Below are positions 18,943 to 29,570 of a DNA stretch of 64,000 nucleotides, in pieces. Position numbers and translations under genes: made by a program. Position 1 is the first letter of the stretch; the number at the start of each line of letters is the position of its first letter. The notes under the pieces were generated by a model that had not been told where the DNA came from, ran no database searches, and saw only the letters and a program-made list of their open reading frames with translations. The DNA comes from Candidatus Limnocylindria bacterium. Lineage in GTDB: Bacteria; Chloroflexota; Limnocylindria; P2-11E. Where the stretch lies: assembly GCA_038211425.1 (NCBI GenBank), contig JBBQVQ010000003.1, forward strand, positions 26,563 through 90,562, read 5' to 3'.

Positions 18943-21436
18943 CCGCCGCCATCTCACGCGGTCTCCGGGCCGGACGCTCCTGACGCTGGCCGGCGTCGCG
19001 CTCGGAGTCGCGGCGCTCGTCGCGATCGACGTCACGAACGGGTCTTCCACGGCGACCATCGACGAGCTGGTGCGCGCCTATGCGGGCAAGGCGCAGTTCA
19101 CGGTGAGCGCCGCCTCCGGGACGCTCGAGCCAGGCGCGCTCGGCGTGGCCGCAGCGACGCCCGGGGTCGCGGCCGCGGCGGGATCGCTCCAGGTCGTGCT
19201 GCTGGTCGGTCCGGACCTGCGCATCGCGCTGCCGGCGATCGCCGGAACGGGTGACGAGGACGCGATCCGCGAGTACGTCCTCGAGCGCGGCGCGCGGCCG
19301 ACCGAACAAGAGGTGCTCCTGGGCGGTGAGGCGGCACGGCGCCTCGGTGTCGACATCGGCGGCGCCGTGCGCGCGCTCACGCCGCTGGGTGTGCGATCGC
19401 TGCGCGTATCCGGGGTGCTAGCGGACCGCGGCGTCGGCCGCGCGAACGGCACATTCGTGGCGGTGCTCCCATACGCGACGACGGACGTCCTCTACCAGCG
19501 CGAGGGCCGTCTGGATGCGATCGACGTCGCGCTCGCCCCAGGCGCGCGGGCCAACGACGTCGCGGCGCGGCTGCGGTCGGCGCTTCCCGCCGCCGAGGTG
19601 CGCACGCCCGAGGCGCGCGGCGGTCAGACGAAGAAGCTCGTCGCCAGCCTGCAGAGCCTCCTGCAGGTCATCAGCGCGCTGAGCCTGTTCATCGGCACGT
19701 TCCTGGTCTTCAACACGATGTCCATCGCGGTGGCGCAGCGGAAGCGCGAGTTCGGCATCCTGCGCGCGCTCGGCGTCAGGCAGCGCGAGGTCGTCGCGCT
19801 CGTCACGCTGGAGGCCACCTTCATCGGCCTCGCCGCCAGCGCGGCCGGGGCCGCGGTCGGCGTCCTCATGGCGCAGGCGTTCCTCGGTGCGGTGAACACG
19901 CAGATCCGCGCGAACTTCGTCGCGGGCCTTGCCGACCAGCTCGTCGTGCCGTGGCCGCGGCTCGTGGGGCTGGTGCTCATTGGGGTCGCGGCGGCTCTCG
20001 TCGGCGCCCTCGGCCCCGCGGTCGCCGCCGCGAGCGCCGCTCCGTCGGAGGCGATGACCGTGCCGCGGTACGCCGCCGTGGAGCGGCCGCTGCGCCTGCG
20101 CCTGCTCGGGTTCGCCGCCGTGCTCGGGCTGCTCTGCCTCGTCGCGGTGAACGCCCAATCGAACGCTGAAACAGCCGCGCCCGGCAGCGTCGCGGCGTTC
20201 GCGCTCATGCTCGCGATCGCGGTGGCCGCGGCGCCGCTCCTCGCGCTCGGCGTCCGTGCGGCGGCGCCCTTGGTCGAAGGCGTCCTCGGCCTCGCTGCGC
20301 GCCTGGCGCGCGAGAGCGTTCTGCGCAGCCCAGGCCGGGCCGCGGTGACCGCCGCCGCGCTGTCCGCTGCGATCACGATGGTCGTCGGCCTCGCTTCGTT
20401 CATCGACAGCGAGCGCACGACGATCTTCGGTTGGCTCGACCAAGCGGTGAACGCGGACATGTTCGTGTCCGCCGGACCGGTCGGCTCGAACTCGGCACCC
20501 TCGCCGCTCGACCCCTCTCTCGCCGAGCAGATCCGTGGAATCCCGGGCGTTCGCGCCGTCGACCTGTACCGTCAGGTTCGCATCGAGGTCGGAACTTCAT
20601 TCGCCGCTCTGGCCAGCGTCGACGTGCCCACGTATCTGCTGCGAGGACGCCCGCAGTTCGCCCCCGGCACGCGGAGCGCGGATCTCACGGAGCTCGTCGG
20701 CCGCGATCTGGTCTTCGTGTCCGATAACTTCGCGAACCGGATCGGCATCAGGCAGGACGACACGCTGCGTCTGAACACACCCGATGGTCCGGTGGACTTC
20801 CGCGTCTCGGCCATCGCCGTCGACTACACGAGCGACCAGGGCCTGATCTTCATGGACCGCACGACCTACGTGCGCCACTTCCACGACCGCTCCGTCGATT
20901 CATTCGCGGTGATGCTGGAGCGCCCGGCGGACCTGGCGCCCGTGCGCGACGCGGTCGGCCGCCTGGAAAGCGGCGCCCTTTTCGTGCAATCGAACGAGGA
21001 ATTCAAGGGATCGATCCGGAAGATCGTGAACGATTTCTTCTCGACCACATACGTGATGGAGGCGATCGCGCTGCTCGTGGGCGTGCTGGGGGTCGCGAAC
21101 ACGATGCTCGTGGCCGTCCTCGAGCGTCGGCGAGAGATCGGAGTGCTCCGGGCCGTGGGCGCCACGCGCCGTCAGATCAGGGGCACGGTGCTGATCGAGG
21201 CCGGCACGATCGGCGCCTTCGGAGCGGCCCTCGGTCTCGCCGGTGGCGCGGGTCTCGCCGCAATCGTCTTCCTCATCAGTGAGCGCACGACCGGATGGGT
21301 CATCCCGTTCGCGTACGCGTGGACCGCCGCGGCGACCGTCACTGTCCTTTCGCTCGCCGCCGCGCTCGCCGCCGCGTGGTGGCCGGCGCGGCGCGCGGCC
21401 AGGGCCGACGTCGCCGGCGCGCTGATGTACGAGTGA
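18917..21436 (+). CDS. ABC transporter permease with duplicated FtsX domains (MacB-like, ~840 aa)
   Basis: Two FtsX-type 4-TM modules, each preceded by a large extracytoplasmic domain. Start taken as GTG ~18917 ([31 protein letters not shown]); the track begins at 18845. Confidence 0.8.
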   Translation: MLALLRLVSRRHLTRSPGRTLLTLAGVALGVAALVAIDVTNGSSTATIDELVRAYAGKAQFTVSAASGTLEPGALGVAAATPGVAAAAGSLQVVLLVGPDLRIALPAIAGTGDEDAIREYVLERGARPTEQEVLLGGEAARRLGVDIGGAVRALTPLGVRSLRVSGVLADRGVGRANGTFVAVLPYATTDVLYQREGRLDAIDVALAPGARANDVAARLRSALPAAEVRTPEARGGQTKKLVASLQSLLQVISALSLFIGTFLVFNTMSIAVAQRKREFGILRALGVRQREVVALVTLEATFIGLAASAAGAAVGVLMAQAFLGAVNTQIRANFVAGLADQLVVPWPRLVGLVLIGVAAALVGALGPAVAAASAAPSEAMTVPRYAAVERPLRLRLLGFAAVLGLLCLVAVNAQSNAETAAPGSVAAFALMLAIAVAAAPLLALGVRAAAPLVEGVLGLAARLARESVLRSPGRAAVTAAALSAAITMVVGLASFIDSERTTIFGWLDQAVNADMFVSAGPVGSNSAPSPLDPSLAEQIRGIPGVRAVDLYRQVRIEVGTSFAALASVDVPTYLLRGRPQFAPGTRSADLTELVGRDLVFVSDNFANRIGIRQDDTLRLNTPDGPVDFRVSAIAVDYTSDQGLIFMDRTTYVRHFHDRSVDSFAVMLERPADLAPVRDAVGRLESGALFVQSNEEFKGSIRKIVNDFFSTTYVMEAIALLVGVLGVANTMLVAVLERRREIGVLRAVGATRRQIRGTVLIEAGTIGAFGAALGLAGGAGLAAIVFLISERTTGWVIPFAYAWTAAATVTVLSLAAALAAAWWPARRAARADVAGALMYE

Positions 21437-21487
21437 GCCGATGAAGGGCATCGCGCCCGCGCGGGCCGCGCTTGGGCCATCGCCGCT

Positions 21488-22261
21488 GTGAGTGACCGGC
21501 GCATGCACGAGCTCGCGGTGGCCGGCTTCGGCGCGATGGGCGACCTCTACGAGCGCGCGCGCCCGGGTTACCCCGAAGAAGCAGTGGCGATCCTCGTCCG
21601 CGAGCTCGGGATCGCACCGGGGACGGTCGTCGTGGACGTCGGTGCCGGGACCGGGAAACTGACACGTTCGCTCACGCCGACGGGAGCCACGGTGATCGCG
21701 GTCGAGCCGCTGGCCGACATGCGCGAGCGGCTGACCCTGACCGCTCCGCGGGCCGTACCGTTCGACGGGACCGCCGAATCCATGCCCCTTCGGTCGGGCT
21801 CCGCCGGCGCGATCGTCTGCGCGCAGGCGTTCCACTGGTTCGACGGCGCGCGCGCTCTTGCTGAATTCCACCGGGTGCTGCGCCCGGCGGGCGGCGTCGG
21901 TCTCATCTGGAACGTCCGGGACACGCGCGTCGCCTGGGTCGCGCGCCTGGAGGAGATCATCCGATCGGTCGAGCCCGACCGGCCCGACCACCAGACGGGA
22001 CGGTGGCGCGCGGTATGGGACGCGACGGAGCTGTTCGCGCCACTGGAGCGGCGGACGGTAGCGAATGCGCAGGTCCTGAGCTTGGAGGGCGTCATCCAGC
22101 GCGTGGCGTCGGTCTCCAACGTCGCGGTGTTGCCGCCGCCGGCGCGCGACCGCGTCTTCGCCCGTGTCAGCGCGCTCCTGGCGACCCACCCCGAGACCAG
22201 GGAGCGGGACCAGGTCGAGCTCCCCTACCGCACGGAGATCTACCTGAGCCAGCGGCGGTGA
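21488..22261 (+). CDS. class I SAM-dependent methyltransferase
   Basis: Motif I (VVDVGAGTGKLT) and overall Methyltransf_11/25 architecture. Confidence 0.8.
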   Translation: MSDRRMHELAVAGFGAMGDLYERARPGYPEEAVAILVRELGIAPGTVVVDVGAGTGKLTRSLTPTGATVIAVEPLADMRERLTLTAPRAVPFDGTAESMPLRSGSAGAIVCAQAFHWFDGARALAEFHRVLRPAGGVGLIWNVRDTRVAWVARLEEIIRSVEPDRPDHQTGRWRAVWDATELFAPLERRTVANAQVLSLEGVIQRVASVSNVAVLPPPARDRVFARVSALLATHPETRERDQVELPYRTEIYLSQRR

Positions 22262-22286
22262 GTTCGGTGACCTCGCTCGGACGCGG

Positions 22287-23699
22287 TCACACGGCGCCGT
22301 CGCGACGCAGCGCCGCGACGTCGCTCTCGCCGTAGCCGAGCTCCGCGAGGATCTCTTCGGTGTGCTCGCCCAGGAGTGGCGGGTGCCGGCGGACGGATGG
22401 CGGCGTGGCGTCCATGCGCACGGGGATCCCGGGCGCACGGACGCGACCGGCGGTCGGATGGTCGACCTCGGCGATCAGCCCGAGGTGGCGCACGACCGGG
22501 TCGGCGAAGACCTCGTCGAGCGCGTCGATCGGCCCGACGGGGACGTTCACCTCGCGAAGGCGCCGCACGACTTCGTTCTTGCGCAGCTTGCCGATGCGCC
22601 GTTCCAGCAGCGGCACGAGCGCGCTTCGGTGCAGGACGCGTTTGCCGTTGTCCGCGAAACGTGGGTCGTCGAGAAGGTCGTCGAGCTCCAGCGCGCGGCA
22701 GCATCGCTCGAAGAGCGCGTTATTCCCGCAGCAGACATTCACGAAGCCGTCGAGGGCCTTGAACGTCTGGTACGGGACGATCGAGGCGTGGCTGTTGCCC
22801 TCCGGACGCGGAACGGTGCCGTCGGCGAAGTAGCGCGCCGCTTGCCGCGACAGGAGCGCGACCTGCCCGCCGATCATCGTCGCGTCGATGTCCTGGCCAA
22901 CTCCGGTCCGTTCGCGCGCGTGGAGTGCCGCGAGTATCGCGAACGCCGCGAACATGCCGGCGACCATGTCGGCCTGCGGTACGCCGACCATCGACGGCGT
23001 GCCGTCGACCTCACCGGTGAGGCTCATGATCCCGCCCATTCCCTGCACGATGAGGTCGTACGCGGGCCACGCGCGCCCCGGACCGTCTTGTCCGAAGCCG
23101 GAGATCTGGCACAGGATGACCCGGCGGTTCAGCGTCCGAACCCGGTCGTTCGGAAAACCCAGCCGCGCGAGCGTGCCCGGGCTGAAGTTCTCGACGACTA
23201 CGTCGGCGCGCTCGATGAGCCGCTCGAGGATCGCCTTCCCGTCGGGATGCTTGAGATCGAGCGTCACACTGCGCTTGTTGCGGTTGATCGAGAGGTAGTA
23301 CGCGGACACGCCATTGATCCGTGGCGGGGCCCACTCGCGCGTCTCGTCGCCGCTGCCCGGCAGCTCGACCTTGATCACGTCGGCGCCGTGGTCGCCCAGC
23401 ATGAGCGTGCAGTACGGGCCCGCGAGCGCGCGCGTCAGATCCACGACGCGGATGCCGTCGAGGGCACCGCCCGCATCGCCGCCGCTGATGGCCGGCAACA
23501 CCTCGATCGTGTCGCCCTCCGACAGGACCGCGTCGGGCTCGACCTGGTCTCCGTTGAGGATGAACGCCGCCGTCTCGGCCATGGGGACCCCGAGCGACCC
23601 AAGCAGCGCCGCCGCGGTCTGGCCGGCGCCGTCAGCCTCGACGACCCTTCCCGCGGGGCTGAACTGGCGCAGCTCGCCGTGCAGGATCAGGCGGACCAT
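22287..23699 (-). CDS. MoaD/ThiS-like domain fused to family III CoA transferase (CaiB/BaiF)
   Basis: Internal ATG of track ORF 22287..24029, with a GGAG Shine-Dalgarno site. The first ~75 aa form a beta-grasp sulfur-carrier-like domain ending ...IEVLPAISGG. The same frame continues into a CoA-transferase III domain (GIRVVDLTRALAGPYCTLMLGDHGADVIKVE...). Confidence 0.7.
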   Translation of the reverse strand: MVRLILHGELRQFSPAGRVVEADGAGQTAAALLGSLGVPMAETAAFILNGDQVEPDAVLSEGDTIEVLPAISGGDAGGALDGIRVVDLTRALAGPYCTLMLGDHGADVIKVELPGSGDETREWAPPRINGVSAYYLSINRNKRSVTLDLKHPDGKAILERLIERADVVVENFSPGTLARLGFPNDRVRTLNRRVILCQISGFGQDGPGRAWPAYDLIVQGMGGIMSLTGEVDGTPSMVGVPQADMVAGMFAAFAILAALHARERTGVGQDIDATMIGGQVALLSRQAARYFADGTVPRPEGNSHASIVPYQTFKALDGFVNVCCGNNALFERCCRALELDDLLDDPRFADNGKRVLHRSALVPLLERRIGKLRKNEVVRRLREVNVPVGPIDALDEVFADPVVRHLGLIAEVDHPTAGRVRAPGIPVRMDATPPSVRRHPPLLGEHTEEILAELGYGESDVAALRRDGAV

Positions 23700-23754
23700 C
23701 GGCGCTCCATCAGGACGTCGCGTCCGCCCACCAGCGCAGAGTAACGTTGACGTC

Positions 23755-24414
23755 GTGGCCGAGGCGCTCCCGCTGTTCCCGCTCGGGCTCGTGCTATTCC
23801 CCGACATGCTCGTGCCGCTGCACATATTCGAGCCGAGGTACCGGCTCCTGGTGCGCCGCTGCATCGAAAAGGAGGAGCCCTTCGGCGTCGTGCTCGTGGG
23901 ATCCGCCGACGAGGCCGGGGCGCGCACCGGCCCGCGGCAGGTCGGCACGACAGCGCGGATCGTCGGTGCCCAGCCACTGCCCGACGGGCGCTCGTTCATC
24001 GTGGTCCGGGGCGAGCGGCGCTTCCTCATCGAAAGCCTCGTCGAGGACGAGGAGCCGTACCTCGTGGGCCGCGTGCGCTACCTGCCCGAGGACGCGGGCG
24101 CCGACGCACACGACGCGGCGGGCGCGACGGTCGACGCGTTCGTCGAGTACCTGCTCTCGGTCCTGACCATCACCGGCGAGACCCGTGGCGAGCCCCCGGA
24201 CGCGGACATCCGGTCGGGCACGCCGCGCGACATTGCCTACCGGATCGCGGGCGGGCTCGCGATCGACACCGGCGAGCAGCAGCGCCTCCTCGAGACTGAT
24301 TCCGTACGCGAGCGCCTGGTCACAGAGGCTCGGCTGCTCGAGCGCGAGAAGGAGCTCCTGCGGGACCTCGTCGTGCGCCGCCGCGCCCGCGGCGAGGGGC
24401 CCGTACTCAACTAG
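23755..24414 (+). CDS. Lon N-terminal (LON substrate-binding, PUA-like) domain protein
   Basis: The 3' third of track ORF 23314..24414. GTG ~23755. Motif LPLFPLGLVLFPDMLVPLHIFEPRYRLLVRRCIE. Divergent from the CoA-transferase gene. Confidence 0.7.
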   Translation: MAEALPLFPLGLVLFPDMLVPLHIFEPRYRLLVRRCIEKEEPFGVVLVGSADEAGARTGPRQVGTTARIVGAQPLPDGRSFIVVRGERRFLIESLVEDEEPYLVGRVRYLPEDAGADAHDAAGATVDAFVEYLLSVLTITGETRGEPPDADIRSGTPRDIAYRIAGGLAIDTGEQQRLLETDSVRERLVTEARLLEREKELLRDLVVRRRARGEGPVLN

Positions 24415-25969
24415 CGCTGTAACGCACGACCCCGCCGACGATCGTCGCGGACACGCGCGCGTCGAGCCATTCTTCCGGCGTCAGCGTGGCGAGGTCGCGG
24501 TCGAGGACCGTCGCGTCGCAGCGCATCCCCGGGCGAAGCGCCCCCCACTCGCGCTCACGATCCGTGGCGTGTGCCGCGCCGCTCGCGTAGCCGGCGAGCG
24601 CCTCGTCGAGCGACAGCGCCTGCTCCGGATGCCATGCTGTCGCGTCACCGGGCCGGCGGCGCGCGACGGCCGCGTGGATCCCGAGCAGGGGATCGATCGC
24701 CTCGACGGGCGCGTCCGACCCGAAGGCGAGCACGCCGCCGCCCTCGGAGATCGAGCGCCACGGGTACGCGCGCTTCGCGCGTTCGTGCCCCCAGTAGCGG
24801 TCGACGAGGTCGCGGTCGCTGGTGGCGTGGATCGGCTGCATGGAGGCGACGACGCCGAGCGCGCCAAAGCGCGGGAGGTCGTCCATCCGCACGAGCTGGA
24901 TGTGCTCGAGCCGGTGGCGCAGGGTTCTATCGATCGCCACCACGGGGTCGAGCGCGTCGAGCGCGGCATGGACGGCGCGGTCGCCGATCGCATGGATCGC
25001 GACCGCGATCCCGGCGCGAGCCGCCCTCGCCGCGTCGCGCGCGAGCACTGCGGGTTCGCAGGTCATGATGCCGCGGTCGTCGGTCCCTTCATACGGCTGC
25101 TCGAGCGCGGCGGTCTGCGAGCCCAGCGCCCCGTCCGCGAACATCTTGCAGTGCCCGACCCGTAGCCATTCGTCACCGAGACCGCTCCGAACGCCGAGCG
25201 CGATCGCGTCGTCGAGACGGTCGTGCGGCAGTCCCATGACGACCCGTAGCGCGAGCTGGCCCCGCGCGCGAAGCCGCTGGAAAGCGCCGAAGGCGTCACC
25301 CTGCTCCAGATCCTCGATCCCGACGATGCCGCGGCGCCACGCCTCGAGCTGGCCGCGCCGCACGGCGTCGATGCATTCGTCCTCCGTCGGAGGCGGCACG
25401 ACACCGTCGGCGAGGCGGTTGGCGTTCTCCTTGAGGATCCCGGTCGGGGCGCCGGAGCCGTCGCGCTCGATCGCGCCGCCCTCCGGATCGGGAGTCGTGG
25501 CGGTGATGCCGGCGCGGCGGAGCGCTTCGCTATTGAGCCAGCGCGAGTGGCCGTCCCGGCTGCGGAGCGCCGCGGGGCGGCCCGCGGTGACGCGGTCGAG
25601 CTCGGACGCGGTCGGCCAGCGTCCCCAGCGGTTCTTGTCGAAGCGTCCCCCGAGAACCCACGCGCCGGGTGCGAGCTCGTCCGCGTGACGCGCCACCGCG
25701 TCGATCGCGGCGCCGATCGTGTCCGATCCGCGCAGGTCGGCCTGGCCCGTCTGGATCGACCACCACATGAAGTGCACGTGCGAATCGAACCAGCCCGGGA
25801 CGACCAGTGACCCCGTGGCGTCGAGCACTTCGGCGTCGGAGCCCTCGCGCGCGACGTCGTCGAGGGCACCAACGGCGACGACGCGTCCGTCGCGCGCAAG
25901 GAGCGCCTCGGCCGAGGTGCCGTTGCCGATGTGCACCCGTCCGCCACGGACGAGGAGCGCGCCCCTCAC
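24407..25969 (-). CDS. amidohydrolase-family metal-dependent hydrolase (Amidohydro_3)
   Basis: 520 aa with an HxH metal motif (DSHVHF) and a family-typical C-terminal half. Confidence 0.8.
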   Translation of the reverse strand: MRGALLVRGGRVHIGNGTSAEALLARDGRVVAVGALDDVAREGSDAEVLDATGSLVVPGWFDSHVHFMWWSIQTGQADLRGSDTIGAAIDAVARHADELAPGAWVLGGRFDKNRWGRWPTASELDRVTAGRPAALRSRDGHSRWLNSEALRRAGITATTPDPEGGAIERDGSGAPTGILKENANRLADGVVPPPTEDECIDAVRRGQLEAWRRGIVGIEDLEQGDAFGAFQRLRARGQLALRVVMGLPHDRLDDAIALGVRSGLGDEWLRVGHCKMFADGALGSQTAALEQPYEGTDDRGIMTCEPAVLARDAARAARAGIAVAIHAIGDRAVHAALDALDPVVAIDRTLRHRLEHIQLVRMDDLPRFGALGVVASMQPIHATSDRDLVDRYWGHERAKRAYPWRSISEGGGVLAFGSDAPVEAIDPLLGIHAAVARRRPGDATAWHPEQALSLDEALAGYASGAAHATDREREWGALRPGMRCDATVLDRDLATLTPEEWLDARVSATIVGGVVRYSAS

Positions 25970-26035
25970 GGGACCGACCGCGCGCCGGCCGCGGGCGGCC
26001 CGGGGTCCCGAGCGCGGCCACGCGTGACGAAGCGT

Positions 26036-26683
26036 CTACTCATCGCTGAATCCGGCGCTCCCGAGCAGCGGGACGAACCTCACCGCGCCGCGGCGCTCTT
26101 CTCGTCCGTCGCCGTGGCGCACCACCAACTGCTGGAGGTCGCGATCGCCCACCGGCGCGACGATGCGGCCATCGGGCGTGCACTGCGCCGCGAGCTCGGG
26201 ATGGAGTGCCGGAGTCGCCGCGGCGACGATGATGCGGTCGTAGGGAGCGGCCTCGGCGAACCCGGTCGAAGCGTCGCCGGTCACGACGCGCACATTCGTG
26301 TAGCCGAGTTCACGAAGGCGCTTCGACGCTGTTTCGGCGAGCGCTGGGCGGCGCTCCACCGAAACGACGTCCTGGGCGAGCTCGGCGAGGATCGCCGCCT
26401 GGTACCCGGAGCCCGTGCCGACCTCGAGGACGTGATGATGGCGGCTCACTTCGAGAAGCTCCGCCATCCGCGCGACGACGAAGGGCTGGGAGATCGTCTG
26501 CCCTTCACCGATCGGGAGCGGCGCATCGGCGTACGCGGTGGCGGTCTCTGAGGAGGGCACGAACCGTTCGCGGGGCACACGGCCGATGGCGTCCAGAACG
26601 CGCCGCTCCCGGATGCCCTCGCGTTCGAGCGAGTGGACGAGAGCGGCGCGTTCCCGCGCGAAGTCCTGGGCCACGAGCGGCAT
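26036..26683 (-). CDS. pcm: protein-L-isoaspartate O-methyltransferase
   Basis: Internal ATG of the track ORF. Signatures include QTISQPFVVARMAEL and the SAM motif VLEVGTGSGYQAAILAEL. Confidence 0.85.
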   Translation of the reverse strand: MPLVAQDFARERAALVHSLEREGIRERRVLDAIGRVPRERFVPSSETATAYADAPLPIGEGQTISQPFVVARMAELLEVSRHHHVLEVGTGSGYQAAILAELAQDVVSVERRPALAETASKRLRELGYTNVRVVTGDASTGFAEAAPYDRIIVAAATPALHPELAAQCTPDGRIVAPVGDRDLQQLVVRHGDGREERRGAVRFVPLLGSAGFSDE

Positions 26684-26718
26684 TGTGCGGCGCGTCGCGC
26701 CGCGCCTGCGCGCGCGCC

Positions 26719-27564
26719 CTATTTCTCGATCGGCACTCCGATGAGGCTGCCCCATTCGGTCCAGGAGCCGTCGTAATTGCGGACCCTTTCCTGGCCGAGA
26801 AGGTACTTCAGGACGAACCACGTGTGCGCGGAGCGCTCGCCGATCCGGCAGTACGCGATCGTCTCACCGCGCCCGGTAAGGCCTTTCCCTTCGTAGATCG
26901 AGCTCAGCTCGTCGGCCGACTTGAAGCGCCCATCCTCGGCGACCGCGGTGGACCACGGTACGTTCTGCGCACCTGGGATGTGGCCGGCTCGCTGAGCGCC
27001 TTCCTGCGGGAGGTTCTCGGGAGCGAACAGCTCGCCCGAGTACTCCTTCGGCGAACGTACGTCGACGATCCGTTCGCCGTTGGTCTGCACGACCTTCTCG
27101 AGGACGTAATCGCGCAGCGCGCGGATCGATGCGTCGACTCCCTTGGCCCGGTACTCCGCGCGCGGGTACCGCTGCACCTCGGTCACCAGTGGTCGGTCTT
27201 CGGCGGCCCACTTCGCGCGGCCTCCGTTCACCAGGCGCAGGTCGGAGTGGTCGTAGTACTTCAGCAGCCAGAAGAACCATGCGGCGAACCAGTTGTTGTT
27301 GTCACCGTAGATCGCGATGGTCGTGTCGGCGGTGACGCCGTGGCGCGACAGGAGGTCCTCGAGCTCTTCCTTGGTGATGAGATCGCGCACCGGGTGCTGC
27401 TGGAGGTCCATGCGCCAGTTGAGGCCCACCGCGCCGGGCACGTGGCCCTGGTCGAACGCGGTGGTGTCCACGTCGACCTCGAAGGCGCGAACGTTCGGGT
27501 CCGCTTGGTGCTCGGCGAGCCAATCGGTCTCGACGAGCGCCTCAGGATGTGCGTAGGCGGTCAT
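26719..27564 (-). CDS. sseA: thiosulfate / 3-mercaptopyruvate sulfurtransferase (tandem rhodanese domains)
   Basis: Internal ATG ~27564 with a GAAAGGA Shine-Dalgarno site. Two rhodanese domains and the catalytic Cys loop CRIGERS. Confidence 0.85.
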   Translation of the reverse strand: MTAYAHPEALVETDWLAEHQADPNVRAFEVDVDTTAFDQGHVPGAVGLNWRMDLQQHPVRDLITKEELEDLLSRHGVTADTTIAIYGDNNNWFAAWFFWLLKYYDHSDLRLVNGGRAKWAAEDRPLVTEVQRYPRAEYRAKGVDASIRALRDYVLEKVVQTNGERIVDVRSPKEYSGELFAPENLPQEGAQRAGHIPGAQNVPWSTAVAEDGRFKSADELSSIYEGKGLTGRGETIAYCRIGERSAHTWFVLKYLLGQERVRNYDGSWTEWGSLIGVPIEK

Positions 27565-27822
27565 GTGCTGTCCTTTCTGGCGCCGCTGCTGCGGCGAGAG
27601 CTTCGTGCGTTCGTCGTGTCGGCCTCTGCGGCGCGCGGCTACGCGCCTGACCGGCTCCTCCGCCAGGAGCGTGCGGCGGTCACGCCCGAGGCGCGGCCGC
27701 CCAGGGACAGACGCAGATGAGGCCAAAGGTCGAGGACGCAGGAAGCGGACTCGCTCTCCCGTGATCTCCGAGTGGCTGGGTATTTCCGAGTCGCTGAGTC
27801 AAGAATCCGATTTTGCGCGCGA

Positions 27823-28533
27823 TCAGGCGGAAAGCCAAGACTCCACGATCGCGGGCAGCTCCGTCAGATCGACCACCGTGGCGTCGGGCTGGGGCTCGGG
27901 TGCCTGTTCGGCGGCGGCCGCCGTGCGCCGCCAGATCGCGCGTAACCCGAGTCGCTTCGCGCCGCCGACGTCGGCCTCGAGGTTGTCCCCGACCATGAAG
28001 GCCTCGCCGGGGCGGGCGCCGGCGAGCGCGAGGGCGCGTTCGAACATCGCCGGATGCGGCTTGCGCCAGCCGACGCTGTGCGAGCTGACGACGCCGTCGA
28101 GCGCGTCGGCGAGCCCGATGCGCGTCCAGTCACGAAGGACCTCCTCGTCGCCGCGGGAGAGGGTATTGGTCACGAGGATCACGCGCAGGCCACGCTCCTT
28201 GCACCAGCGGACGGCGTCGATCGCGCCTGGCACCGGTGCGCTCACGAGGTCGAGAGGTATCGAGAACACCATGCGTAGCCGGTCGAGGTCGATACCGTCG
28301 CGGTCGATCCCCCTGGACTCGAACCACCGGGCGAACCACCGGTTGGTCTCCTGAAGCAGGGGATCGGACGGATCCGGGGGCTCCAGATCGGCCACGATGA
28401 GCTCTTCACACCAAGCCTGCTCGCCGAACTCACGGGTGAGCGCCTCCCGGACGAGAGCCGCGATCTGCTCCGGCGGCAGCCAGCTCTCGACCAGGGTGTC
28501 GCCGACATCGAACAGAGCGGCCTTCAGAGTCAT
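27823..28533 (-). CDS. HAD-family hydrolase
   Basis: DxD motif at the N-terminus (LFDVGDTLV) and C-terminal motifs (MVGDNLEADVGGAKRLG). Confidence 0.8.
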   Translation of the reverse strand: MTLKAALFDVGDTLVESWLPPEQIAALVREALTREFGEQAWCEELIVADLEPPDPSDPLLQETNRWFARWFESRGIDRDGIDLDRLRMVFSIPLDLVSAPVPGAIDAVRWCKERGLRVILVTNTLSRGDEEVLRDWTRIGLADALDGVVSSHSVGWRKPHPAMFERALALAGARPGEAFMVGDNLEADVGGAKRLGLRAIWRRTAAAAEQAPEPQPDATVVDLTELPAIVESWLSA

Positions 28534-28629
28534 CTGGCTATCGTATCGAGGTGATCATCAACGTCAGCAAGACTCCATGCGCAGGCGGGGACCTCGCCAG
28601 GAAGCGGAGTCGGAAGGTCTTGGCCCGTC

Positions 28630-29079
28630 TTGGCCCTGGACTTTGAAGCGCTCGCGTTCATCGAGAAGTGGCGACAGCGCGCGTCGCGCGGCGCGGTCGT
28701 GGCGCTCGACGGGACCCGCGGCGAACTGCTCATCACCCTGCGCGTGGGCGAGCTCGGCGAGCGCACGGACCTGCGCGGGCGCGACGCGACCGGCGCCGCG
28801 CGCAAGCAGCGCCTTGCGATCGGCGACCGCATCACGATGGCCATCGAGTACGAGGCGCGGGACGTGGAGCCCGGAGCCGGCCACGGCGTGGCGGGTGGGC
28901 TGGTCGCGCCGGGCGCGGTCGTCGAGGGCACCGTGATCTCGCTCGGCGAAGTGGTCGTGGTCGATTGCGGAGCGCAGGTCCTCGTCGACGGAGCGACGAT
29001 GCCCGGCGCGTCGGTGGGCGACGACGTGCGCTTCGTCGTCGCGAGCGAGGGCAAGGCCTACCTGATCCCTACCCGTTAG
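28630..29079 (+). CDS. hypothetical protein (149 aa)
   Basis: Track ORF with a protein-like sequence. No recognisable domain. Confidence 0.45.
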   Translation: MALDFEALAFIEKWRQRASRGAVVALDGTRGELLITLRVGELGERTDLRGRDATGAARKQRLAIGDRITMAIEYEARDVEPGAGHGVAGGLVAPGAVVEGTVISLGEVVVVDCGAQVLVDGATMPGASVGDDVRFVVASEGKAYLIPTR

Positions 29080-29090
29080 GGACGAGTCAG

Positions 29091-29522
29091 ATGCCTCCGC
29101 TCGATCCGGGGAGCGTCCTCGTCGCGGCGATGGGGGCGACCGCCGGCGCCGGCCTCGTGGACGCCGCCGCCCGCAGGGCGGGCGCGGGAAGGCAGCACCT
29201 GGCCTTCGTGCTCGGCGAGCTGATGGCGGCCGAACCGCTCGCCGCGTATGCCGTCGGACTTTCGCTGCACCTCGCCTCGAACACGCTATGGGCGCTGGGA
29301 TTCGCCGCTGTGTGGAGCGCCACGGGCTGGCCGATCGCGCCGCTCCAGGGCGCGCTTTTCGCGCTGGTGCCCTGGGCACTCGGCGCGCTTCGGCTCCCCG
29401 AACGCGTGCTGCCCGCGACCACGCAGCGCATCTACCCGGTCCGCGGCGAGGCGCTGACCCGGCTCTTGTCGACCTTGGCGTTCGGGGCGCTGGTCGGCTT
29501 CATCTACCGTCCGGGGTCGTGA
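29091..29522 (+). CDS. hypothetical membrane protein (~143 aa)
   Basis: The ATG-initiated tail of track ORF 28668..29522. Three or four hydrophobic helices. Confidence 0.45.
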   Translation: MPPLDPGSVLVAAMGATAGAGLVDAAARRAGAGRQHLAFVLGELMAAEPLAAYAVGLSLHLASNTLWALGFAAVWSATGWPIAPLQGALFALVPWALGALRLPERVLPATTQRIYPVRGEALTRLLSTLAFGALVGFIYRPGS

Positions 29523-29570
29523 CGCGCATCGCGCCAAGATCTCGGCGGCGGTCCAGGCCCCGGCGCCTGG

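Noticed and set aside
26684-26720. A GC-rich palindrome (GCGGCGCG-T-CGCGCCGC) between the rhodanese stop and the pcm start, as a terminator.
   Set aside because: It has no U-tract and lies only ~35 nt before the pcm start. It is more likely incidental, or an RNA structure within an operon.
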